From an uncultured Bacillales bacterium (GTDB lineage Bacteria; Bacillota_I; Bacilli_A; RFN20; CAG-288), in NCBI GenBank assembly GCA_949287425.1, contig CASEGJ010000010.1, positions 1,343 to 65,342 on the forward strand: 64,000 bases of DNA, in the 5' to 3' direction. The stretch's first letter is position 1, and each line of letters begins with the position of its first letter. Under the pieces are notes generated by a model. The model was not told the origin of the DNA and did no database searches. It saw only the letters and a program-made list of their open reading frames with translations. The position numbers were made by a program, and so were the translations under genes. Positions 28,668 to 40,300 of this stretch are shown here, in pieces.

Positions 28668-30980
28668 ATGTCAAATTTTACAAGTTTAGAAATCAATAGA
28701 ATCGAAGAAATGGTTAAACCGTATTTCAATTTTGAAGATGCATTGACTCAATATGAAAAGTTAGGTTTAATATATCGACAATCTGAAATTGAAAAAGAAC
28801 ATGCATTTATGGAAGAAATGTTAGAGTTTTTCAATTTAGGAAATACAATTAATTTTAAAAGAGTAAACAGTTTGCATGATAGTTTTGACTATGTAAAAAA
28901 AGGTGGAATTCTTTCGAGTGAGCTTTTGTATAATTACGCTAATTTCTTTGCAAATTTACATGAATTAAAAAGAGGATTTATATCATTAAATAACAATAAA
29001 TTCGATAAAATTTTAGATATTGTATATGATTTTCAAGATTATTCATCTTTGGAAAATAGACTATATGAATCTATATTGGCTGATTTTACTATTTCATCTA
29101 ATGCATCTATTAAATTATCGACAATTCGTAAAAGTCTAGAGCAACTGAAAAATTCATATTCATCAATTATTAAAAACTGCGTTAATAGGTATGCAAATTA
29201 TCTTTCTGAGGAAAAAGAGGTCATTAAAAATGGTTTACCTAGTTTAGCGGTAAAATCTATGTATAAAAATAAAATTAATGGAATAGTAAGTGATGTTTCT
29301 AATACTGGAAATACAATATTTATAATTCCTATTGAAATATTGAATTTAGAAAATAAAATTTTGGAATTAAAAAAAGAAGAAGAAATTGAAATTCAGCGCA
29401 TATTAGAAGAATTTACTAAAATTATTTCTAGTAGACTTGATGAAATTGAATTTGATTATAAATATTGTTTAAAGCTTGATTCATTATATGCGAGAGTTAG
29501 TTTTGGCTTATCATATAAAGGTAGTATCGCTAAAGTAAGTGAAGATATTTATTTGCCTGAATTAGGAATATTGATGATTGAAGAATCAAAATTGGTCAGG
29601 AACAGTTTATATTTAGGTGGTAATAATTCAAAAATTCTAGTAATTTCCGGGCCTAATGCTGGTGGTAAGACAGTCTTTATAAAAGCGATAGCATTAGCGT
29701 GTTATATGAATCAAAGATTACTGATGGTAGATTGCTTGCAGCAAGCAAGATTAAAAGTTTTTGACAACATATTTTTTATTTCAGGGGATAACCAATCTAT
29801 TATTGATAATTTATCGACATTTTCTTCCCACATCGCAATGATAAATGATTCGCTAAATAACATTACTAAAAATTCTTTATTGATTATTGATGAAATAGGG
29901 CAAGGAACTTCTCCAAATGATGGTGAAGCTATAGGTGTTGGTGTTATTAAATTAGTTGAAAAAATTGGATTATTTTCAATATTAACTTCACATTATGAAG
30001 GTATAAAAAATTTGGCTTTAAGCGATAGTAAAATTCTTACAGGAGCAATGATTTTTGATGAAAATACAATAGCGCCAACCTTTAAATTTAAAGAGGGATT
30101 AATTGGAAAATCGTACGCTTTAGAAGTTGCTAAAAATATCGGATTTAATAATGATGTATTGGCGTATGCTAAAAAATATTTATCAGATGTAAATTCTTCA
30201 AAACAAAATTTAGCAATGGATAAGCTTTCTAAATTGCAATTGCAAAATGAAAAGTTAAAAGAAAAATACAATTTAAAATTACAAGAGCTTGAAAAATTGT
30301 CAAATAGAAGAAAGGAAGCGATACTTGCTTTGTCAAAAGAAAAAGAAAATATCGCTGAAAAAGCCAACAAAAAAATCGAAAGTTTAGTTGACCAAGAACT
30401 TGAAAAAATCGAATTGGCTTATAAGGCTAATAAGATAAATTTAAATCAATTAGCGCAAATTAAAAATATTTTGCATAATATTACCAAAAAGAAAGAAGAG
30501 AATAAGTCAAAGCCAAAAAGCAATCATGTTTTTTTAATAGGTGATAAAGTTAAAGTGATTTCAATGGATAATATCGGATATATAACTAGTCTAAATTTAT
30601 CTAAGAAGACGTTAGTAGTTAATTTAGAAGGTGTTTCTATTAAAACAAAATTTGACGATGTTATTTATATTCCTAATATTGAAAAAGTTGAAAAACCACT
30701 TTCAAATCTCGATAAGATGATTGTTAGAAAATCTTCTGTGCCTTTAGAATGTAATTTGATAGGATTATATGAAAAAGAAGCATATGACAAACTTGATAAA
30801 TATATGGATGATGTAATTTTGGCTAAATATCATCAAGTTAGAATTATTCATGGTTTTGGCTCAGGAATACTAAGAAAAATGGTTCAAAACTACTTATCTA
30901 AAAATAAAAATGTAGAATCATTTAGACCTGGTGGTGAACATGAAGGCGGATTAGGAGCAACTGTTGTATATTTGAAATGA
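28668..30980 (+). CDS. mutS2: endonuclease MutS2
   Basis: GPNAGGKT, LSTFSSH, DEIGQGT, KOW, Smr (IIHGFGSG, GATVV). Confidence 0.96.
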   Translation: MSNFTSLEINRIEEMVKPYFNFEDALTQYEKLGLIYRQSEIEKEHAFMEEMLEFFNLGNTINFKRVNSLHDSFDYVKKGGILSSELLYNYANFFANLHELKRGFISLNNNKFDKILDIVYDFQDYSSLENRLYESILADFTISSNASIKLSTIRKSLEQLKNSYSSIIKNCVNRYANYLSEEKEVIKNGLPSLAVKSMYKNKINGIVSDVSNTGNTIFIIPIEILNLENKILELKKEEEIEIQRILEEFTKIISSRLDEIEFDYKYCLKLDSLYARVSFGLSYKGSIAKVSEDIYLPELGILMIEESKLVRNSLYLGGNNSKILVISGPNAGGKTVFIKAIALACYMNQRLLMVDCLQQARLKVFDNIFFISGDNQSIIDNLSTFSSHIAMINDSLNNITKNSLLIIDEIGQGTSPNDGEAIGVGVIKLVEKIGLFSILTSHYEGIKNLALSDSKILTGAMIFDENTIAPTFKFKEGLIGKSYALEVAKNIGFNNDVLAYAKKYLSDVNSSKQNLAMDKLSKLQLQNEKLKEKYNLKLQELEKLSNRRKEAILALSKEKENIAEKANKKIESLVDQELEKIELAYKANKINLNQLAQIKNILHNITKKKEENKSKPKSNHVFLIGDKVKVISMDNIGYITSLNLSKKTLVVNLEGVSIKTKFDDVIYIPNIEKVEKPLSNLDKMIVRKSSVPLECNLIGLYEKEAYDKLDKYMDDVILAKYHQVRIIHGFGSGILRKMVQNYLSKNKNVESFRPGGEHEGGLGATVVYLK

Positions 30981-32749
30981 ATTTAATTTTGCAATCAAAA
31001 ATTGATCTTTTGCCTGATAAGCCAGGTTCTTATCAAATGAAAGATAAAAATGGAAAGATTATCTATGTTGGAAAGGCAAAATCACTCTTAAAAAGAGTGA
31101 AACAATATTTCACGCGTCCTCAAGAAGGTAAGGTCCAAAGGATGGTCCATGAAATAGATGATTTTGATATTATTGAAACTAATACTGAAAAAGAAGCATT
31201 TTTATTGGAAATTAATCTTATTCATAAATATTATCCAAAATATAATATCATGCTTAAAGATGGAAAAATGTATCCATATATCGCTTTAAAAAAAGATAAT
31301 GATCCGTTTTTAAAAATATCTTATAAGGATAAAGAAAAAGGATATTATTATTTTGGACCATTTCCATCTTCTAAATCATGTTATACAATGGTTAATTTAT
31401 TAAATAAAATCTTCCCGCTAAGAAAATGTAAACATATTCCCAATAAACCTTGTTTGTATTATTATCTTGGTCAATGTTTAGGCCCATGCATTAATAAAAT
31501 AAATAAGAATGAATATAAAGACATCGTAGAAGGTATAACAAAGCTTTTAAATGGCGATACTTCTGAAATGATTTCTAATTTGAAACAAAAAATGAAAGAT
31601 TGTTCAGAAAAACTAGAATTTGAACGCGCTTTAGAATATAAGCAGCAAATTGAAGCTATCAATCACATTGTTTCTCAACAAAAGATAATGATGCAAGATC
31701 ACATTGATAGAGATATTGTCGGATATTCAATTCGCGAAGGTTATGTTTCAATTGTTTTTTTCTTATATAGAAGAGGAATTTTACTAGGTAAAAATTTGTT
31801 TGTAATCGAACTATATTCAGATATTAATGAAGTTTTATCTACAGCTATAATGCAATTTTATGAATCTCATCCTAAACCTAAAGAACTAATTATATCAGCA
31901 AAAGATATAGCTAACTTGTTAGAAGAAACATTGTCAATTAAAGTAGTTGTTCCAGAACGAGGATTTAAAAAAGATCTTTTGTTTATGGCTTTAGAAAACG
32001 CTAAACAGGGATTAGATCAGCATTTTCAAACTGCGAGGCTTGAAGATGATAAGCTTGCTTTGTTAGAAGAACTAGGAGAAAAACTCGAATTAAATACTAC
32101 ACCTTTAGATATTGAATTATATGATAATTCACATTTACAAGGATCTGATGCAATTGGTGCTATGGTTAAATTTATCAATGGTGAAAAGGTTCCTTCATTA
32201 TATAGAAAATATAATATCAAAGGTGAGAATAAAAAAGACGATTTGGCATCTATGCAAGAAGTTTTAACGCGTAGATTAACTAGACTAATTAACGAAAATC
32301 AAAAAAAACCGGATTTAATTATTCTCGATGGTGGCGAAAATCAAATTAACATCGCTTTAGATGTTGAAACAAAGTTAAACCTATTTATACCATTATGCGG
32401 TTTAAAAAAGAACGAAAAACATGAGACAGATGCATTAATCAATGGAATGACTGGTGTTGAGATTCCTCTTGATAGAAAATCCCCTTTATTTTTCTTTTTA
32501 ATGCGTATGCAAGATGAAGTTCATAGATTTGCAATAACATCATTTAGAAGTAGACACACTAGAGATCTTTATCAGACAATTTATGATAATGTTCCTGGTA
32601 TTGGTAAAAAAAGAAAGAATATGCTTTTAGAAGCATATCCGACAATTGAATCATTAAAACAAGCTTCAATTGAAGAATTGAGTCAATTAATAAATAAGAA
32701 ATCGGCTGAAATATTAAAAGCAAAATTGAATCAAAAAATTGACAAATAA
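30977..32749 (+). CDS. uvrC: excinuclease ABC subunit C
   Basis: GIY-YIG (IYVGKAK), UVR, DNSH, DGG, DEVHRFA, HhH. Confidence 0.98.
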   Translation: MNLILQSKIDLLPDKPGSYQMKDKNGKIIYVGKAKSLLKRVKQYFTRPQEGKVQRMVHEIDDFDIIETNTEKEAFLLEINLIHKYYPKYNIMLKDGKMYPYIALKKDNDPFLKISYKDKEKGYYYFGPFPSSKSCYTMVNLLNKIFPLRKCKHIPNKPCLYYYLGQCLGPCINKINKNEYKDIVEGITKLLNGDTSEMISNLKQKMKDCSEKLEFERALEYKQQIEAINHIVSQQKIMMQDHIDRDIVGYSIREGYVSIVFFLYRRGILLGKNLFVIELYSDINEVLSTAIMQFYESHPKPKELIISAKDIANLLEETLSIKVVVPERGFKKDLLFMALENAKQGLDQHFQTARLEDDKLALLEELGEKLELNTTPLDIELYDNSHLQGSDAIGAMVKFINGEKVPSLYRKYNIKGENKKDDLASMQEVLTRRLTRLINENQKKPDLIILDGGENQINIALDVETKLNLFIPLCGLKKNEKHETDALINGMTGVEIPLDRKSPLFFFLMRMQDEVHRFAITSFRSRHTRDLYQTIYDNVPGIGKKRKNMLLEAYPTIESLKQASIEELSQLINKKSAEILKAKLNQKIDK

Positions 32750-32757
32750 TATTAAAT

Positions 32758-34626
32758 TTATTTAATTACTGATATGTAAATGTCGATATTTAAGTCTTCA
32801 CTAGGGCAAATGGTAGGAAGATTGATAATTTGTGATTCACTTTTTACTAGATTTAATTGATAATCTTTAGCGTTTTCTAAATTATATGATTGACCATAAA
32901 TGATTATATTTGAATCAGTGAATGAAATTGTATCTTCTAAAATAGTTTCATTTTGATAATTTGAATATGTTCCAGAAGCGATAAATTCAGTTTCATCGGT
33001 ATCTATATTAGCAATATATAAAGAATAATTGATATTTATTTTTTTGCTAATTACACAAGCAAATGAATTAGAAGGATTGATTTCACATGAAATTGGGTAA
33101 TTGAAATACACTTTTTGATTATTTTCATTTAAATAATATTGATTTGTAACTTTATATAAATCAGGAGAAGTTACGTTTAATGTACTATTAACATAATTAT
33201 TAATTTCAGTTTCAACATCAGTACTAACTGTATTAAAAGCTTTAGTTTGATAATTTGATATTAAATTAGAAAGAGAATTGTCGTAAGGATCTTCAAATGA
33301 AAAAGTTAAATCTAAATAATTTTCAAAATCGAGATATATTTTTAAATCTGAATTAATTTGATAATTAGAGTAGTTATCTATTGGTACAACGTTATCATCT
33401 GCATCGTAAAAATAGAAATAATTGAAATGTCTATTTGATAATTGTTGTTGTTCGATGTAATTAGATATTGTTAAATTATTATCAATAAATACATCCATTA
33501 AATTAAATGTTTGCTCAGGTTTAGAGTAAAAAAATGTAATTAATGTATCATTATCGTAGATTTCAACGCAATATTTATTACCTAATTTTGGATAGAGAGT
33601 AATATCGCCATCTCCTTTTGGCATTATATGATTATTTTCAAAAAATGGAGTATCTAAAAATTCGCCATTTTCGTCATGTTCATACCATGAGATAAAATAG
33701 TGAAAATTAGTGTCTAACAAGGTAGATGAAGATAGACTAGGAGCTTGAATACTATCACCAGGGAAACAAGTTATATCGTCTATATAAATATCATTATCGT
33801 AGATAGATGTATCAAAATGAATAGTGCGCTTTGATACAAAATCGGCGTATAAAGTAAATGAAGTCTCAGGCATAGTAGTATCTAAATTAAATGTGTCTGT
33901 ATATTCATCGGAAGTAGACCAACCATAAAATTTAAAATCTTCACCTTTATCTAATTTAGAATCATCAATAATTTGTTTTTCTATAAGAGTATTTAATATA
34001 TTATCGCCAGGTCTAATTGAAACATCGGGAATTTGGTATGATTCAATATTAGTAACAAAGCTAATTGTTGGATATAAAGTAAAAGAAGGAATCAATGTAA
34101 TGTCTTCACTAGGATAAAATTTAGTAGAGAATTTTTCACCAGTATCTTTATTAACCCAGCCTGAAAATGAATAACCTGGTTTATCAGGGATGGGGAATTC
34201 ACCATCAATTTCTTCTCCTTCAACACCTTCAAAAAAATAAATATCGTTTTCAGAACTAGGATAGCTAGCATCATTATCTGATTTTTCCAAACTTATGCTT
34301 ACGTGATTTGCAAAAAAACCATAGAATATTTTTTCATCTTCCATTGGATAATATTTGATATTGACTTTTTTTGTATAATCGATATCAGAATACCAACCTT
34401 TAAAAGTAGTGTTGTCTTTAGATTGATAACTAGTTAATTTAGTTAGGTTTTCACCATCGATTTTACTGCCTTTATTACCTGAAATTTCACCGATAGTAGT
34501 TTCTTCATCTTTTAAAATAATTTTAGATTGTTCGCTAAAAACATTTGGATTTTGGTTACAGGAAACTAAGCAAAATAAACTGATAATAGCAAATGATAAA
34601 AAGGACAGCTTAGAAATTCGTTTCAT
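32758..34626 (-). CDS. lipoprotein with InlB B-repeat-like domains
   Basis: Lipobox LVSC; repeated F.GW..D..F..MP..D.TLY units. Confidence 0.82.
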   Translation of the reverse strand: MKRISKLSFLSFAIISLFCLVSCNQNPNVFSEQSKIILKDEETTIGEISGNKGSKIDGENLTKLTSYQSKDNTTFKGWYSDIDYTKKVNIKYYPMEDEKIFYGFFANHVSISLEKSDNDASYPSSENDIYFFEGVEGEEIDGEFPIPDKPGYSFSGWVNKDTGEKFSTKFYPSEDITLIPSFTLYPTISFVTNIESYQIPDVSIRPGDNILNTLIEKQIIDDSKLDKGEDFKFYGWSTSDEYTDTFNLDTTMPETSFTLYADFVSKRTIHFDTSIYDNDIYIDDITCFPGDSIQAPSLSSSTLLDTNFHYFISWYEHDENGEFLDTPFFENNHIMPKGDGDITLYPKLGNKYCVEIYDNDTLITFFYSKPEQTFNLMDVFIDNNLTISNYIEQQQLSNRHFNYFYFYDADDNVVPIDNYSNYQINSDLKIYLDFENYLDLTFSFEDPYDNSLSNLISNYQTKAFNTVSTDVETEINNYVNSTLNVTSPDLYKVTNQYYLNENNQKVYFNYPISCEINPSNSFACVISKKININYSLYIANIDTDETEFIASGTYSNYQNETILEDTISFTDSNIIIYGQSYNLENAKDYQLNLVKSESQIINLPTICPSEDLNIDIYISVIK

Positions 34627-34656
34627 AATTTATAGTATAGCGAAAAACAACAAAAA

Positions 34657-34694
34657 TAAAAAGTACCTCATTTATATCAATTTATTGAGGTACT
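34657..34694 (-). terminator. terminator after DUF2188 gene
   Basis: AGTACCTCA/TGAGGTACT stem, A-tract on + strand. Confidence 0.75.
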
Positions 34695-34708
34695 AATAAC
34701 ACAATCGG

Positions 34709-34936
34709 CTATTTGTTTTTTACAAATTTACCAGCGCTTTTGCCTTTAGATGCTTTTAATTTAATTGACGCATCATTACGTTCAGCTAAGCCATTAACAT
34801 AATCTACGGCTTCGACTTTAGTAGAGAAGGTTTTAATAACCTTATCACTTCCTTCTAATTTAATACACCATTTTCCATCTTTGGGTCTTTTATGAACGTG
34901 ATAAATTTTGTTTTTTAAGGTTCTTTCTTCTGCCAT
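34709..34936 (-). CDS. DUF2188-domain small protein
   Basis: YHV.KR..GKW.IK.EGS.K..KTF.TK.EA pattern; SD AAAGGGG. Confidence 0.8.
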   Translation of the reverse strand: MAEERTLKNKIYHVHKRPKDGKWCIKLEGSDKVIKTFSTKVEAVDYVNGLAERNDASIKLKASKGKSAGKFVKNK

Positions 34937-35111
34937 AGTAAATAGCCCCTTTCTTAATTAAATTATATATAAATATTTTTTAATTGTAAACGCTTTAGAA
35001 TGCGAGAAATCAAATTTATATTTTGATAAAAATTGATAAAAAGTTCGAAATTACAGCAAAATTTTAGAAAATAATTCAAAGAAAAAAAGTTTGAATAATC
35101 AAACTTATTAG

Positions 35112-35185
35112 TGGAGCAGGCGACGGGAATCGAACCCGCGTGATCAGCTTGGAAGGCTGAAGTTCTACCATTGAACTACGCCTGC
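35112..35185 (-). tRNA. tRNA-Gly(UCC)
   Basis: GCAGGCG/CGCCTGC, TCAGC-CTTCCAA-GCTGA, U73, CCA. Confidence 0.98.
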
Positions 35186-35247
35186 AAATATAAGCGTTAA
35201 ACTTAACGCCTATATATAATTGCACATTTATAGATAAAATGCAAGAG

Positions 35248-35559
35248 TTATTTGTTTTGATCGATGATTTCTTGTAATTCTTGACTTCCTCTATATCCGA
35301 TAAATTTATCGACTTCTTGACCACTTTTGAAGATGTTAACCTGAGGAATAGAATAAACACCATATTTACTGGCTAATTCTGGAAAAGTATCAACATTTAC
35401 TTTTAATACTTTTAAATCGGGATTTTTTTCATCTAATTCTTCAAAAATTTGTCCAAGCATTCTACATGGATTACACCAATCGGCATAAAAATCGACATAT
35501 GTTGTACCTGTTGAAATTTCATTTTGAAAGTCGTTAATATTTTTTAAATAAACAATCAT
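35248..35559 (-). CDS. trxA: thioredoxin
   Basis: VDFYADWCNPC, KVNVD, SIP; SD AGGAGG. Confidence 0.95.
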   Translation of the reverse strand: MIVYLKNINDFQNEISTGTTYVDFYADWCNPCRMLGQIFEELDEKNPDLKVLKVNVDTFPELASKYGVYSIPQVNIFKSGQEVDKFIGYRGSQELQEIIDQNK

Positions 35560-35620
35560 TTTCTTACCTCCTACTTAATAAGTATAATTGAGAATTTTTA
35601 TTTAAACAAATTATATGCTT

Positions 35621-36451
35621 TTAAATAAAATATGAAATTATATAAAAGATTAAAATATGCAATGGATAATATATGTAGAAAGAATATTTTAATATCTTGT
35701 TACTATAGCCTAATTTTCCATTATATAAAAGGATAAAAACAGCTGATAATACACCATATGATTGAATTGCAAAAGATAAAGTGTTCTCAACTGGATATTG
35801 ATTTAGTTGATACATATCTATAAGCATCAAAATTAAATATGAAGTTAACATAAATATGCAGGCGAGGATATTTATTTTGCTTTGAAGATAATTCGCTTTA
35901 TACAATTGGATAGTTTCATTAGAAAATCCCGAGCTTTTCCCGACGTATTCTGCATATTTTTCCGCGACTAATTGAGCTAAAAAGAAAGAGACAAATAGCA
36001 AAGCAGATAATAAGCCATCATCCATTCTTATTGGAAAAAATGAAAAGCTAGAAAGAGCTAAAATCGATAGTGGAATAATAGAAACAAGTGAAAGTAAATT
36101 TCTTTTATTTAAAAAATAAACAGCAAAAACACCTAACGATAAACTAGTTAATGCGTTTCCATAATACATGTTTCTATCATAAATAACCATGCAAGCATCG
36201 ATTAAAACACCAACAATAAGCAATCTTATCGCATAGATAATCGGTTTATGCGATTTTAAAGCACCCTGTGTGCTTAAAAAGCAAAATATAGGCATTGCTA
36301 AACGTCCAATTATTCGAAGAATTTCATATGCAAAAGTAGGCTCAGGAATAAAAAATAAACCTATGTGATCTATTGTCATTAAAATTATTGCAATAATCTT
36401 TAGTGAAAAATTATCCAAAATTTTTAAATTGATATTTTTAATATTAGACAT
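35621..36451 (-). CDS. TraX-family membrane protein
   Basis: LKIIAIILMTIDH, GRLAMPIF, YNGKLG, FY.YYPLH. Confidence 0.88.
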   Translation of the reverse strand: MSNIKNINLKILDNFSLKIIAIILMTIDHIGLFFIPEPTFAYEILRIIGRLAMPIFCFLSTQGALKSHKPIIYAIRLLIVGVLIDACMVIYDRNMYYGNALTSLSLGVFAVYFLNKRNLLSLVSIIPLSILALSSFSFFPIRMDDGLLSALLFVSFFLAQLVAEKYAEYVGKSSGFSNETIQLYKANYLQSKINILACIFMLTSYLILMLIDMYQLNQYPVENTLSFAIQSYGVLSAVFILLYNGKLGYSNKILKYSFYIYYPLHILIFYIISYFI

Positions 36452-37265
36452 TAATTAAATTCTCCAATAGCAAAATAATTGTACTAATTAAATTAACCAT
36501 GAAATGCATGCTGATTGATTCAGTGACTAAATGGTGCTTTTTATATGCTAAAGATAGTGCGATGCCCGCTAATAAATAAGCGGGGAAATTTAATAGTTCA
36601 TTAATTAGTAAGTCAGTAGAAAAATCCAGGCATATTCCTATAATATCAACATGAATTAAGCTAAAAATTAACGCGGTTAAAATAATAGCGAGATTTTCAT
36701 TTTTTCGAGAAAGGACTTCATATAATCCTTGGCGATAAGTTAATTCTTCACAAATTGGGGCGAGAATTACTGTAGTTATCACTATGGGAATTGGATTAAC
36801 TGATAAAAGAGTTTCAATTGTCGATTGATTGTTATTAGGACTTAATTGAATATTTCCAAGATTAATAATTACTTGTTGGAGTATTGAATATGCAAAATTT
36901 AATAGATAATATAACCCAAGAAAAATAATCGCAGTTTGGAAAGTCGATGCCTGTTTAAACGTTTTGATTTTTCTAATAAAACCATCGCGATCAAATAAAT
37001 AAAAACAAGAGACAATTATCGCAAATAAAACTAGATAAACTGCCATTTGAAAGTAAGCCTGTAAAGAAATATTAGCATTAAATTCTTCAATACCGACAAA
37101 CGATAGAAAAATAAGCTCAACTAAATAGCCAATAGCTTGGAAACCTAGCCAACCAATTAAAAATAAAATAATACAAGAAGTGTTTGATAAAGAATATAGA
37201 GTTTTATGTTTATCAGGTGGTAAATTGAATTTATCTTTTCCGTATATTTGCATAATTGATTCCAA
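36444..37265 (-). CDS. CPBP (CAAX/Abi) intramembrane metalloprotease
   Basis: APICEELTYR, FSLIH, HFMVN; start TTG 37265 or ATG 37253. Confidence 0.92.
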   Translation of the reverse strand: MESIMQIYGKDKFNLPPDKHKTLYSLSNTSCIILFLIGWLGFQAIGYLVELIFLSFVGIEEFNANISLQAYFQMAVYLVLFAIIVSCFYLFDRDGFIRKIKTFKQASTFQTAIIFLGLYYLLNFAYSILQQVIINLGNIQLSPNNNQSTIETLLSVNPIPIVITTVILAPICEELTYRQGLYEVLSRKNENLAIILTALIFSLIHVDIIGICLDFSTDLLINELLNFPAYLLAGIALSLAYKKHHLVTESISMHFMVNLISTIILLLENLINV

Positions 37266-37389
37266 TAATCATGATTATAATAATTTATCGACTTAAAAGA
37301 AAGTTAAAATTTATGTTTATTATTTCTAGATAGTATTATATATATAATATGTTTTTTTGTATAATAAAATAAGCTACAGGGAGGAGAAA

Positions 37390-40300
37390 ATGATGTTGAT
37401 ACTTGCTGATTTACAACAAATATTAAATTACGTCAATTGGAACTACCTTTTCTTGTTTTTGCTATTAGGTACGCTAATAGGAGGGATTTGGGCCTTATTT
37501 AGAGGTATTTATAGGACTACCTGTAAATATATCGTTGAAGGTATTTTAATCGTCATACTTGTTTTATGTATGCCTGGAATTGTTAATCAACTCACTTCAT
37601 TAGATTTTAGTCAGTGGTTCAATTATTCAATACAAATTCAACCAGCACAAGGTGAATTAGTCAGTGTTCAATTTACAAGTGTCGATAAGACTATTGTCGA
37701 TATAATAAACGCTTTAGGTTTAATTGAATCAACATCTAATCCTGCTTTATATCAAACGGCTATAGGATTAGTTCATTCTGCTCTCGGCTTAGTTTTATTG
37801 ATAGTCGGCATGATTTTGGTAGTAATTATTACACCAGTATTAACTTGGCTAATCTATTTAGTGACTTTTGTTGTTTTTGTTTCGAAAGATAGAAGAAAAA
37901 ATAAAAAACACAGATTGTTATCTGGACTTGAAGGAGCGATATGTGGAACTTTAATTGCGGCAATGTTTATTTCGCCATTATCTTCAATGCTATCACTTGC
38001 GTCACAAGCAGCAGATGAAATTAATAAGTCAACTACTCAAGATGGAACTTCGACAATTGAAAATAAAGATTTCCAAGCCATTTTGAATTTATTGGCTTCA
38101 TATAATGATTCTGCCTATTATTCAACTATTTCATTTGGCAATTCTGATCCATCTTCTGTATTAGATAATAAGTTAATGACTCAAGTTACTGAAACGACGA
38201 TTAATGGAGTAAATACATCAATATATGATGAATTAGGTTCTTTAATTAATTTGTTAACTTCACTTTCCGATGCTTTTACTTTTAGTGATGAAACTGGTAA
38301 TTTAACTGTTTCTATCGATTATGATAAATTAGTTTTGCCCGAAACTATTTCTAGTGCTTTAGATAGCATTACAACGTGGAAAACAATCATGTATATTGTT
38401 CCTGCTTTAGCAGAAATTGGTTTTAATATTTTAGATGGTCAAACATCTACTGATATGTTGGATTCAGTTGATTTATCTAACGTTAATTGGAATGACACTA
38501 TTTCTAATATAAAAGAAATTTATTATCAATTGTATCAAACTGGTTTAATTGATTCATATTTAGTTCCGATGTTAGAAGGAGATAAAAATTCTAGTTTTAA
38601 AATTGATTTTACTAAGAGAGAAAATTATAAAAAAGCAGTTTTATTGGTTGTAAATAGCGATTTAATAAAGAATAATCTGCCAAATATTTTAGCTAATGCA
38701 GCTCGTTCGATGAATGTAGATTACATATCTAGTTTGTCATATAAGTATGCCAATTTAAATTACGATAATCTCTTTTCAAATATAATTGATTTCATTTTTT
38801 ATAGTTTAGAGTTTTTAGATATTGATACATTATCTAACGATGTTTCATGGTCATCTATTATCGATACTATATTTGAAAGATTATCTAATCCAGATAATAC
38901 AAATAATGTTAAAGTGTTAATTTGTGGCGGACAATTAATTCTAAATAATTCGCAGACTGGAGAAGTTGATACATATGATTATGACGGTTTGTTATCAATT
39001 GATTTGTTTTCGAAAGAAAAAGGCATTGTTGATGTTTCTCAAATGCTAGTTGATGTTGCTGCTCAAATAGAAGGTATTAACGAATATATTAGTGATGACG
39101 ATTTAGTTTATATCGGTAATTTTATTTCTGATTCTGATAAGTTGAAAGATGAAATTGGTTATGTTATCGATGTTTCTTCATCGATTTTAACACTTAATGA
39201 TTTAATTGAACAAAATGGTAATAAGATTGATTTTTCTAATCAAGAAGTAATCGATTGCATGAATGAATTATTAGATCAAGCTCAAAAGACTCAATTAATT
39301 TCGAAGATAATGCCAAATGTAATTGAAAATTTGCTTTCCAATCAATTAGAATTGAACCAAACTTTGTTTGGCTTAAAAATTTATGATTTAGATTTTGAAC
39401 CAGTTGATAGTTCAAATAACCCAATTTTTATAACTGAAATGAAAAAAATCATTGAAATTTTACCAGACATTGATGAATTGTCTAAATTAGTAAATGATAG
39501 TGATTCTTCAACAAGTGAGCTTTTAAAGAAGTTAGATTTAGTTAAATTGGAAAATATATTAAATGTTATTTTAGAAAATAAAATACTTAACCCAGTTAAA
39601 AATCTTTCAGGTGGTAATGGGGAAGTTTATCAAGTTAATAATTACAATTTTAATACTTTGTTAAAAGGTATATTTAACTCTTCTAATTTTTCAAATTCAG
39701 GATTTTATTTACCTGAAGATTTATCTAATATAACTTGGTTAGGCGAGAATGGAGAAGTTAAAAATTTAATTAGGGTTTTGGAATTTGCTAAAGAAAATTC
39801 CTACTTGTTTGAAAATAAGAATTTGACAATTAACGATATTCCAGCTGGGGCAATAAGTACACTCTTTTCATTAGTTAATTCTTCATCGCTTTTAAAAAGT
39901 AGCTTACCAAGCATTTTACAAACTAATTTATCCAGTAGTTTATCTGGATTAGGTGTTAGCGTTAATTTTTATGCTATTACTAATTGGGAAAAAGAAGGGC
40001 AAGCATTTGAGGAAGTTATCGCTAATTTAAAAAATTTACCGAGCACTGATTTTTCACAAATAGATTGGTTCTCACTCGATGCTAATCAAGTTAATAACTT
40101 ATTAGTATCTTTAGCAAAGATGGAATTGTTTGGTATTCAAAAAGATAATTCTGGTCGCACTATTGATAAGTTTGGAAATTTGGTTTATTACATATTATCT
40201 AAATCCAACGATATTAAAGAGATTCTTGGCGATGGTTTTTCTATTGATAATTTTTCTAGAGTAGATCAAAATGGTCAAATTAAATCAGGTTTTGAAAATT

